DNA from: an uncultured Lachnospiraceae bacterium
Lineage (GTDB): Bacteria > Bacillota > Clostridia > Lachnospirales > Lachnospiraceae
Length of the DNA stretch: 32,000 nucleotides
NCBI GenBank assembly: GCA_910577045.1
Contig: CAJTLB010000003.1
Coordinates: forward strand, 98,379 to 130,378
Direction: 5' to 3'
Positions 1 to 7,799 of the stretch are shown here, piece after piece. Below the pieces are notes generated by a model, which was not told where the DNA came from, searched no databases, and worked only from the letters and a program-made list of their open reading frames with translations. Each line of letters starts with the position of its first letter. Positions within the stretch are counted from its first letter, which is position 1. A program made the translations under genes and the position numbers.

Positions 1-573
1 ATGGATAATCGGGAAACAATACTTCAATGTGCATTAGAACTTTTTTATAAAAGAGGGTATGACGCTGCAGGAGTAAAGGAAATTGTAGAAATGGCAGGCA
101 TTACAAAGCCTACTATGTATTATTATTTTAAAAGTAAGCTGGGGCTTTTAGAAGCTTTGGTAGAAGAGCGCGGGGAACTTTTATTTATAGAACTTTGTAA
201 GGTACAGGAAAAACAAGCTGGGTTTGAAGAACAATTATATGAATTAGCTAGGGCTTATGTGGATTTTTGTAAGAAAGAACATTATTTTTATTTTTTTATG
301 CTTGGGTTAATGTATTCTCCTGTAGAAAATGAGGCGCATAAGACAGCGGTACCGTTTATTAGGAGGCAATATAAGTTTATTACGGATATTTTTATTAGGG
401 CAAGTGGCTATTTAGGTAATATGAATGGCAGGCAAGAACAGTTTGCAATAGGGTTTTTAGGCACAATAAACTGTTATATGATGGTATATAATGAAAAAGG
501 GTTGGAAAATATGTTAAGAGATGAGAATATCCATGCAGTAGTACATCAGTTTTTGCATGGGATTTATTCATAA
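1..573 (+). CDS. TetR/AcrR family transcriptional regulator
   Basis: N-terminal TetR-type helix-turn-helix (ETILQCALELFYKRGYDAAGVKEIVEMAGITKPTMYYYFKSK) with a helical C-terminal ligand domain. The ORF begins exactly at the window edge, so the true 5' end cannot be verified. Confidence 0.85.
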   Translation: MDNRETILQCALELFYKRGYDAAGVKEIVEMAGITKPTMYYYFKSKLGLLEALVEERGELLFIELCKVQEKQAGFEEQLYELARAYVDFCKKEHYFYFFMLGLMYSPVENEAHKTAVPFIRRQYKFITDIFIRASGYLGNMNGRQEQFAIGFLGTINCYMMVYNEKGLENMLRDENIHAVVHQFLHGIYS

Positions 574-594
574 AGAAATGGGAGGAATAAAGAA

Positions 595-1941
595 ATGGGA
601 TATTGGTACGAAGAAGCGGTATTTTATCATATTTATCCGCTAGGGCTTACAGGCGCGCCCAGGGAAAACCACAATGAGGCGGGGAATGGCTTTGAGAAGC
701 TTAAGCTGTGGATACCACATATGAAGAAAATGGGATTTACAGCACTTTATATAGGGCCGTTGTTTGAATCTTCTACTCATGGTTATGATACAAAGGATTA
801 CCGTACAGTGGATATACGCCTAGGGAAAAATGAGGATTTTAAAGAATTTGTTACTTTATGCCATGAAGCAGGGATACATGTAGTGGTAGATGGCGTCTTT
901 AACCATACAGGGAGAGAATTTTTCGCATTTAAGGATATTCAGATTAACCGTGAGAATTCCAGGTACAAGGATTGGTATAAAGGGATTAATTTCTGGGGGA
1001 ATACTCATTATAATGATGGGTTTGGCTATGAGGCATGGCGGAATTGTTTTGAATTGGTAAATTTGAACCTTTGGAACCGGGAAGTAAAGGATTATTTATT
1101 TGACGTAATCCGTTTTTGGATCGATGAATTTAATATAGACGGAATTCGGCTGGACTGCGCAGATTGCTTAGATTTTGACTTTATGAAGGAAATGCGTTTT
1201 ATTACTACGCAGAAGAAAGAAGATTTTTGGTTAATGGGTGAGGTAATCCATGGTGATTATTCCCGGTGGGCAAATGCAGATATGCTACATTCGGTAACAA
1301 ATTATGAACTGCATAAAGGATTATATTCTGGCCATAATGATTATAATTATTTTGAAATTGCACATACTGTTAGAAGGTTGTCAGACGACAATGGTGGTAT
1401 TTGTAAAGGCAGGAAACTATATAGTTTTACAGATAACCATGATGTTGAACGTTTAATAAGTAAATTGACAAGGAAAGAAGATTATTACCCTGTACAAATG
1501 TTATTGTATACACTTCCTGGAATACCATCTATTTATTATGGATCGGAATGGGGGATAGAGGGACGCAAGGCAAATGGGGATGATGGGCCACTCCGTCCTG
1601 AAATTGATATTACAAAACAGGAAGATAATTTATATTCAAATTATATAGCAAAGTTGGGGCGAATTCATAAGGAAAACCCAGAGCTTTCTTATGGGCGTTA
1701 TAAAGAGCTTGTGTTAAAAAACCGTCAGTATGCGTTTGGGAGATTTTTAGATAACAGCATGGTTTTAACAGCCGTCAATAATGATGATATAGAGGCAGAA
1801 GTAGTTGTGAATATTGGTTTCCAAAAAGCTAAGGCAAAGGATTTATTTACAGATAAAGAAATAGTAGTAGGGACTGATGGAAAAATAAGCCTGGTACTGC
1901 CGCCTCACAGAGGCTGTATAGTCCGAGCAGAGAGAGAATAA
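595..1941 (+). CDS. Cytoplasmic GH13 alpha-amylase-family glycoside hydrolase
   Basis: The four GH13 conserved regions are visible: VVDGVFNHTG, GIRLDCADCL, WLMGEVIHGD and FTDNHDVERL. There is no signal peptide. RBS GGGAGGA lies upstream of the ATG. Exact substrate specificity cannot be called from sequence alone. Confidence 0.85.
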   Translation: MGYWYEEAVFYHIYPLGLTGAPRENHNEAGNGFEKLKLWIPHMKKMGFTALYIGPLFESSTHGYDTKDYRTVDIRLGKNEDFKEFVTLCHEAGIHVVVDGVFNHTGREFFAFKDIQINRENSRYKDWYKGINFWGNTHYNDGFGYEAWRNCFELVNLNLWNREVKDYLFDVIRFWIDEFNIDGIRLDCADCLDFDFMKEMRFITTQKKEDFWLMGEVIHGDYSRWANADMLHSVTNYELHKGLYSGHNDYNYFEIAHTVRRLSDDNGGICKGRKLYSFTDNHDVERLISKLTRKEDYYPVQMLLYTLPGIPSIYYGSEWGIEGRKANGDDGPLRPEIDITKQEDNLYSNYIAKLGRIHKENPELSYGRYKELVLKNRQYAFGRFLDNSMVLTAVNNDDIEAEVVVNIGFQKAKAKDLFTDKEIVVGTDGKISLVLPPHRGCIVRAERE

Positions 1942-1957
1942 GGAAAAGGGGAAAGAT

Positions 1958-3937
1958 ATGGAAACAGGATTTATAACAGAAGTTGACCGGTATTTATTTG
2001 GCGAAGGAACACATTATGAAATCTACAAGAAACTAGGGGCGCATGTAACAGAGTACCAAGGGGAAAAAGGAGTATATTTTGCTGTATGGGCGCCACATGC
2101 GAAGAATGTCAGTGTAGTAGGCGATTTTAATGGGTGGATGGGATATAACCATAATATGACTAGCTTAGCTGATTCTGGTATTTACGAATTATTTGTGCCG
2201 GGCCTAGGCGTAGGGGAATTGTATAAATATGCAATTGTCACCCCATCTGGGGATACAATATTAAAATCAGATCCATTTGGGAATTATTGTGAGTTACGTC
2301 CAAATACTGCCTCTATTGTAACAGATATTACTGGTTTTGAATGGACAGATAAGAATTGGGAACATCATTCTAATCCGATGGCTATCTATGAGGTACATAT
2401 CGGGTCATGGAAAAAAACAGAGGATTTAGAAGATGGCGGTTTTTATAATTATGTAGATATGGCACATGAGCTAGGGGCTTATGTAAAAGAAATGGGATAT
2501 ACCCATGTAGAGTTAATGGGAATTGCAGAGCATCCATTTGATGGATCATGGGGCTACCAAGTAACAGGATATTATGCGCCAACCTCACGTTATGGGATGC
2601 CAAAAGATTTTATGTATTTTGTAAATTATATGCACAATTTGGGGATAGGCGTTATTTTGGATTGGGTTCCAGCCCATTTCCCAAGAGATAGCCATGGGCT
2701 GGCTAATTTTGATGGGACTTGTGTTTATGAATATGCAGATCCAAGAAAAGGCGAACATCCAGATTGGGGTACAAAGATCTTTGATTATGCAAAAAATGAA
2801 GTATCAGATTTCTTAATTGCTAATGCAATATATTGGTTAAAAGAATATCATGTAGATGGCTTGCGGGTAGATGCAGTGGCTTCTATGCTATACTTGGATT
2901 ATGGAAAAAGGCCAGGATGCTGGGTGCCAAATAGGTATGGCGGGCATGAGAACCTAGAAGCAATTGAATTCTTTAAACACTTAAATTCTGTAATTTCTAG
3001 GCAGTTCCCAAATGCAATTGTAATTGCTGAGGAATCAACAGCGTGGCCAAAGGTTACAAAACCAGCCGAAGAAGATGGGCTTGGTTTTGAATTTAAGTGG
3101 AATATGGGCTGGATGAATGATTTTTTAGAGTATGTGAAAACAGATCCTTTGTATAAAAAATACAGCCATAATAAAATGACATTTAGTATGACATATGCGT
3201 TTAGTGAACGGTATATTTTAGTATTATCCCATGATGAAGTAGTCCACTTAAAATGTTCTATGTTAGAAAAAATGCCAGGGTATTTTGAAGATAAGTTTGA
3301 AAATTTAAAGACAGCATACACGTTTATGTTTGGCCATCCAGGAAAGAAATTATTGTTTATGGGGCAAGAGTTTGCACAGCTCCGTGAGTGGAGTGAAGAA
3401 AGGTCCTTAGACTGGTATTTGTTAGAAGAAAAAGAACATAAAAATGTACAAGAATATGTAAAGCGTTTACTCCACTTATATACTTCCCATCCAGCTATGA
3501 CAGAATTAGATGAAGATTGGACAGGTTTTGAATGGATTAATTGTGAAGATGGGGATAGAAGTACGTTTAGCTTTATCCGCAAAGATAAGAGTTTAAAGAG
3601 ATGCTTGCTTTTTGTAATGAACTTTACTCCTATGTTAAGGGAAAAATACCAGGTAGGGCTTCCTACAAAATCAAATTGTAAGGTACTTTTAGATAGTTAT
3701 AAAGATAATTTGGGGAAAGAAAGCCAAGTAATTAAGGTATTGGATCGGCCGTGCGATAATAGGGAATATTCCATTGAGTTTGATTTAAAGCCAATGCAGT
3801 CTTTAATTATGGAGTTTTCAGCAGAAAAGAAAGAATTGCCTAAAAAAGAGGTAAAAAAGGTAGATAACAAAAAACAAGAATCTAAAAAATTAGATCAAAA
3901 AAAGTTAGAAAGCAAGAAAAAAGATAGTGCATGTTAA
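1958..3937 (+). CDS. glgB: 1,4-alpha-glucan branching enzyme
   Basis: CBM48-like segment VYFAVWAPHAKNVSVVGDFNGW. GH13 branching-enzyme motifs HVDGLRVDAVASMLY, IAEESTAWP and LSHDEVVH. Atypical Lys-rich C-terminal tail (KKELPKKEVKKVDNKKQESKKLDQKKLESKKKD). Confidence 0.93.
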   Translation: METGFITEVDRYLFGEGTHYEIYKKLGAHVTEYQGEKGVYFAVWAPHAKNVSVVGDFNGWMGYNHNMTSLADSGIYELFVPGLGVGELYKYAIVTPSGDTILKSDPFGNYCELRPNTASIVTDITGFEWTDKNWEHHSNPMAIYEVHIGSWKKTEDLEDGGFYNYVDMAHELGAYVKEMGYTHVELMGIAEHPFDGSWGYQVTGYYAPTSRYGMPKDFMYFVNYMHNLGIGVILDWVPAHFPRDSHGLANFDGTCVYEYADPRKGEHPDWGTKIFDYAKNEVSDFLIANAIYWLKEYHVDGLRVDAVASMLYLDYGKRPGCWVPNRYGGHENLEAIEFFKHLNSVISRQFPNAIVIAEESTAWPKVTKPAEEDGLGFEFKWNMGWMNDFLEYVKTDPLYKKYSHNKMTFSMTYAFSERYILVLSHDEVVHLKCSMLEKMPGYFEDKFENLKTAYTFMFGHPGKKLLFMGQEFAQLREWSEERSLDWYLLEEKEHKNVQEYVKRLLHLYTSHPAMTELDEDWTGFEWINCEDGDRSTFSFIRKDKSLKRCLLFVMNFTPMLREKYQVGLPTKSNCKVLLDSYKDNLGKESQVIKVLDRPCDNREYSIEFDLKPMQSLIMEFSAEKKELPKKEVKKVDNKKQESKKLDQKKLESKKKDSAC

Positions 3938-3961
3938 GAAATTGAATTATTTAGCCGATGT
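3935..3961 (+). promoter_or_regulatory. Candidate sigma-28 (SigD/FliA)-type promoter: TAAG-N15-GCCGATGT
   Basis: TAAG (3935-3938), a 15-nt spacer and GCCGATGT (3954-3961), against the Firmicutes SigD consensus TAAA-N15-GCCGATAT. It overlaps the glgB stop codon and lies upstream of the 3985-4017 hairpin, so its role is uncertain. Confidence 0.35.
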
Positions 3962-3984
3962 ATAACATATAGGCTGTAATGTAA

Positions 3985-4017
3985 AGGCAGTTCGCAAAGC
4001 GTACTGCCTGTTATTTT
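3985..4017 (+). terminator. Rho-independent terminator downstream of glgB
   Basis: Stem AGGCAGT (3985-3991) pairs with ACTGCCT (4003-4009). An inner CGC/GCG extension is present, and the stem is followed by GTTATTTT. Confidence 0.6.
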
Positions 4018-4120
4018 AAACTATTAAGGCCCTTAGGCTTAAACCAAAAAGATGTAAGTGGCAGGCAAGGGTGGTAGTGATAGGGCAGCGTAGGATTATA
4101 AGCAAAAGGTGGGGAATAAT

Positions 4121-6934
4121 ATGCAGGTACAAGCACCAAATATATCAGAGCATTTGCGTACATCGGCTTTCCAGAATGTGAAAGTATCAGGAAAAGAAGT
4201 AGCGGCTGAGACAGAAAAAGTGGAAAAAGTAGAAAAAGAAACCCAAGGGCATAGTGGCGTAAAAAGGACTAGTACAGAGAAGTGTATTTACCAAGGAGAG
4301 TCTCCTGTGCAAGAAGCCTCAGCAAAGCGGATTGCAGAAATTAAAGAAAAATTAGGGCAGCTTGTGAACCAGGCATCTGGCATGGAAATCTTAGGCATTA
4401 AGCAAGAAGGGTATAGTTTAAATGCAAGTGATGTAGAGAAAATAGAGACAGTTATGGATCAGATACAGATAAAATTGGCTACATATTGTGAATCTTATGA
4501 ACCTATTTTCCCAGTGGATAGTGAAATGGCAGAAGAAGTCCTTGGCAATGCTGTGTTGGCCGGCAATGTAACACAAAAGTTTGAAGAGTATGGGGTCCCA
4601 GCTACAGAGGATAATTTAAAATCAGCAGGGGAAGCTATTGAAATGGCGCAATCTGTGGAAACACCAACAAGGAATGAAGCGGGTTATATGGCGGCAAATG
4701 GGATAGAGCCTACAATTGAGAACCTTTATAAAACGGAACATACGCCTGTGCCAGAAAAAGGGGCAGAACTTTTACCAGAAGAGACATGGAACCAGCTTAA
4801 AAAACAAGCAGAACAGATTCTTTCCGAGGCAGGTTTAGAGGCCACAGAGGATAATTTAGATACAGCAAGATGGATGGTTGAGCAAGGAATCCCTTTGGAT
4901 AAAGATATGCTAAGGGCATTTTCCAATATTTTATCTGTAGATGGGGAAATGAGCACAGATGAGATTGTGGATACAATAGCGCAGGCTATGGCAAAAGGGA
5001 AAGAAGCTAGGGCAGCTTTAATGACAGGAGAAGGTTATTCAAAAGAAAGAGTAGAAGAGGTATTTGCCTCTGTAAAGGAAGCTGCCGCACAGGAGGAAAT
5101 CTCTTCGAATAAGGAGGAAATGCAGTTTTCTGGTATTGACGAGCTTACAAAACACCGCCGTTTAGAAGAAATTCGCCTGGTAATGACAACACAGGCAGGC
5201 ATGGCTCTGCTGAAACAAGGAATTGATATAGATACGTTTTCTTTAAGCGAATTGGTAGATGCACTGAAAGAGCAAGAAAAGGAGTATTATAAGGCTCTTT
5301 ATGAATGTGACGGTTTAGAGGCATCTGCAGAAAAGCTAGAACAGTTAAGTGAAGTTAGCCAGACAATAGAGGCATTAAAGGACTTCCCGTCTTATATTGT
5401 AGGAAATATAAGTAATTCTGGGCAAGAAATTACAATAGACGCAACTTATCAGGCAGGGGTGCCAATGAAGGCTGCATTAGATGCCGCACATATGGCATAT
5501 GAACCACTTATGACAGCACCAGATAGGGAATATGGAGACAGCCTTTCAAAGGCATTTGCAAATATTGACGATTTGCTTGCTGAGATGGATAGGGAAACAA
5601 CACCAGAGAACCGCCGTGTAATAAAGATTTTGGCATATAACCAAATGGAATTAAATGATCAAAATATGGAAGCAGTAACAGAGCTTGACAAGGAATATCA
5701 ATATTTACTTAAAAATTTAACTCCCCGTGTTACAATGCACATGATAGAAAACCATATTAATCCATTAAAAACAGAATTACATAAGCTAAATGATCAGATT
5801 GAAGAGATAAAAAAAGAAATAGGCCCTGAACCAGATGAAACATATAGTGAATTTTTATGGAAACTAGAAAAGAAAACCGAGCTGCCTAAAGAAGAAAGAG
5901 ATGCTTATATTGGCTTATACCGCCTGTTAAACCAAGTAGATAGGGCTGGAGAAGCAGCGATTGGGGCATTAGTAAACCAAGAAAGGGAAGTGACATTAGA
6001 AAACCTTTTAGGGGCAGTACGTACAAGAAAAGCGAAAGGAATGGATGTTGCTATTAATGATGAGTTTGGCTTTTTAACAGAACTTATACCAAAAGGAGTA
6101 TCTATTTCGGATCAATTAAAAGGCTTTATGGATACAATGGGAGAAAATAATGGAGCCTATGAGGAAGAACAGAAAAAGAGGATAGCAGAATTCGCTAAGG
6201 AAGATAATACACTCCGGGTACTTGCACAGTCAGAGGAAGTAGTAAGCCTTGACAATATGGAGGCGGCACACCAGCTTGCTTATGAAGAACTTGCTTTCCT
6301 ACAAAAAGTACAGACAATGGGAAAAAAGCAGGAGAAGGGCTGGGTAGACCGTTTTGAGAGTAAAGAAGCAATGGCAGAGGGATATAAGGAGCTTGAAAAA
6401 GAATCACAAACTTTATTGTCTGAGGCTATGCAGAATACAGAAAATGGCAGGGCAGTTATAGAGGAAATGCGGATGCTTTGCCATACGGTAACTTTAACAG
6501 GTAAGCTTGCATCTTTTGAAGACTATCATATGCCAGTGGATATTAATGGGGAAACTTGTGCTGTCCATGTCCGGTTGGTGCATAAAGAGGGAGAAGCAGG
6601 AAAGGCAGAAGTGTCAATGGAGTTCCCAGGTGAAGGTTCTGTAAGGGCAGATTTCCGTCTGGGCGAGGATAATTTAAGTGCTTTTATTGTGTCAGATTCT
6701 AGGGCATTATTAGAAGAATTAAAAGGGGCAGGCACTGAATTTTCAGAAACAATGTCAGGGATAGGCATCCAAAAAACGGAAATTTCATATGCAGGCAGTA
6801 AAGAGATTCCCCCTGTGTCAGATACGAAGGAAGCAAATACAACAGATACAGGAAAATTATACCAGATTACCAAGGAATTTATTACAGCAGTTGTTAAGTC
6901 AAGGCAGGGAAATGCCGATAAGAATATAGAATAA
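4121..6934 (+). CDS. Large acidic repeat protein, possibly flagellar-associated (FliK-like C-terminal segment); function unproven
   Basis: Uninterrupted 937-aa ORF from ATG 4121, with RBS AAGGTGGGG 6 nt upstream (the track start at GTG 4109 sits inside the RBS). Recurrent T-E/P-D/E-N-L type motifs are present (GVPATEDNL, GIEPTIENL, GLEATEDNL, TTPENRRV, VTLENLL). The C-terminal part HVRLVHKEGEAGKAEVSMEFPGEGSVRADFRLGEDNLSAFIVSDSRALLEELKGAGTEF resembles the FliK C-terminal domain layout. The gene lies upstream of flagellin and fliS. Confidence 0.55.
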   Translation: MQVQAPNISEHLRTSAFQNVKVSGKEVAAETEKVEKVEKETQGHSGVKRTSTEKCIYQGESPVQEASAKRIAEIKEKLGQLVNQASGMEILGIKQEGYSLNASDVEKIETVMDQIQIKLATYCESYEPIFPVDSEMAEEVLGNAVLAGNVTQKFEEYGVPATEDNLKSAGEAIEMAQSVETPTRNEAGYMAANGIEPTIENLYKTEHTPVPEKGAELLPEETWNQLKKQAEQILSEAGLEATEDNLDTARWMVEQGIPLDKDMLRAFSNILSVDGEMSTDEIVDTIAQAMAKGKEARAALMTGEGYSKERVEEVFASVKEAAAQEEISSNKEEMQFSGIDELTKHRRLEEIRLVMTTQAGMALLKQGIDIDTFSLSELVDALKEQEKEYYKALYECDGLEASAEKLEQLSEVSQTIEALKDFPSYIVGNISNSGQEITIDATYQAGVPMKAALDAAHMAYEPLMTAPDREYGDSLSKAFANIDDLLAEMDRETTPENRRVIKILAYNQMELNDQNMEAVTELDKEYQYLLKNLTPRVTMHMIENHINPLKTELHKLNDQIEEIKKEIGPEPDETYSEFLWKLEKKTELPKEERDAYIGLYRLLNQVDRAGEAAIGALVNQEREVTLENLLGAVRTRKAKGMDVAINDEFGFLTELIPKGVSISDQLKGFMDTMGENNGAYEEEQKKRIAEFAKEDNTLRVLAQSEEVVSLDNMEAAHQLAYEELAFLQKVQTMGKKQEKGWVDRFESKEAMAEGYKELEKESQTLLSEAMQNTENGRAVIEEMRMLCHTVTLTGKLASFEDYHMPVDINGETCAVHVRLVHKEGEAGKAEVSMEFPGEGSVRADFRLGEDNLSAFIVSDSRALLEELKGAGTEFSETMSGIGIQKTEISYAGSKEIPPVSDTKEANTTDTGKLYQITKEFITAVVKSRQGNADKNIE

Positions 6935-6979
6935 TTTTATAATCAAATATACAGATTGATATAGTGGAGGAAAGCTATT

Positions 6980-7636
6980 GTGAAAAAATCAATTAAGATT
7001 GTTTGGATACTGGTAGCGGTTTTGGTATTAGGGGGTAGCTTATCTGCCTGTGGGAATAATAAAAACAATGCAGGAGCAAAGTCCTTGTATACACAAGGAT
7101 TAGAAGTAATTCAACTTATGTCTGAAATGACACAAGCGGAAGAATATATAAACCTTTATACGGAAAACGATGGAATTAAGGAAATTGTCCAAAATATAAG
7201 GCCAGGTGATTATACAACCCCAAAGGCTGTGTATGCGGTTTCCATTACCGATGAAAACCTTGCTAAAATAGCAGAACTTAGTAATCTAGGCGATGTTTCT
7301 GAAGGATTAAAATCTTTCCTTACACAAAGGATTTTTTCTTCTTTGATGGTGCAGATAAATAGTATGAGTGGAGTTGAAAATTTAGCAACTGCTAGTGTAT
7401 GTACTATTGGGAAGACTTTTGTAAATGAGGATGTAGATGAAAATGTAATTTATCTATATACATATGATAATGCTTTTCCAGTAGCTGTAACTTTTACTGT
7501 TGGCGAAGGCCATGCAGTTTCTGCAAGTGGTACTTTTATAATGTATGACAAATTTACTTGTGGCTCTGCAGATGAAATCAAATCCTTCTTTAATTATGTC
7601 ACAGTTGAAGTAACGGAGGTTCCTTTAGAAAAATAA
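6980..7636 (+). CDS. Hypothetical lipoprotein
   Basis: GTG start 8 nt after GGAGGA (6966-6971). Signal peptide with lipobox MKKSIKIVWILVAVLVLGGSLSAC-GNNKNN. I recognise no family. Confidence 0.7.
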   Translation: MKKSIKIVWILVAVLVLGGSLSACGNNKNNAGAKSLYTQGLEVIQLMSEMTQAEEYINLYTENDGIKEIVQNIRPGDYTTPKAVYAVSITDENLAKIAELSNLGDVSEGLKSFLTQRIFSSLMVQINSMSGVENLATASVCTIGKTFVNEDVDENVIYLYTYDNAFPVAVTFTVGEGHAVSASGTFIMYDKFTCGSADEIKSFFNYVTVEVTEVPLEK

Positions 7637-7641
7637 GTAGT

Positions 7642-7666
7642 AAAGTTTTGGTTTACCAAAGTTTTT
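7642..7666 (+). terminator. Weak AT-rich hairpin plus T-tract after the lipoprotein gene (possible leaky terminator)
   Basis: AAAGTTTTGG / CCAAAGTTTT pairing around loop TTTA, including two G-U wobbles, followed by a T run. Low stability. Confidence 0.3.
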
Positions 7667-7748
7667 ATTATAGGGAATACTTTTCCAAAAGAGGAAAAAG
7701 AAAATAAAAAGAAAGCCATAGTGCGGCGGTAGGTATGGATGCCCAAGG

Positions 7749-7793
7749 TGCAAATGGAATTGCATATGTCGCAAAGAAATAGGCAGAAAGGAA
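7749..7793 (+). promoter_or_regulatory. Flagellin 5' leader with two CsrA-type GGA sites (hairpin-loop site plus SD-overlapping site)
   Basis: Hairpin TGCAA-ATGGAA-TTGCA (7749-7764) presents GGA (7756-7758) in the loop. A second GGA (7790-7792) lies inside the Shine-Dalgarno AAAGGAA, 6 nt before the fliC ATG. This is the same layout as the BS1/BS2 sites of the B. subtilis hag leader. Confidence 0.45.
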
Positions 7794-7799
7794 TTAAAT

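Noticed and set aside
2899-3582. 227-aa minus-strand ORF inside glgB, and 2382-2603
   Set aside because: They are antisense to a full-length, motif-complete glgB and are very likely spurious.
7705-7732. Possible sigma-28 promoter TAAA-N16-GGCGGTAG upstream of fliC
   Set aside because: Only about 5 of 8 positions match in the -10 box and the spacer is off by one. I could not find a convincing SigD or SigA promoter in 7637-7799, so the fliC promoter remains unassigned. Read-through from upstream is possible.
7637-7799. Searched for inverted repeats flanking a promoter (invertible phase-variation switch) upstream of fliC, and likewise in 15501-15802 upstream of the surface-protein gene
   Set aside because: No long inverted repeats bracket either region, and no recombinase gene lies nearby. 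Only short palindromes such as TAAAATTTTA were seen.
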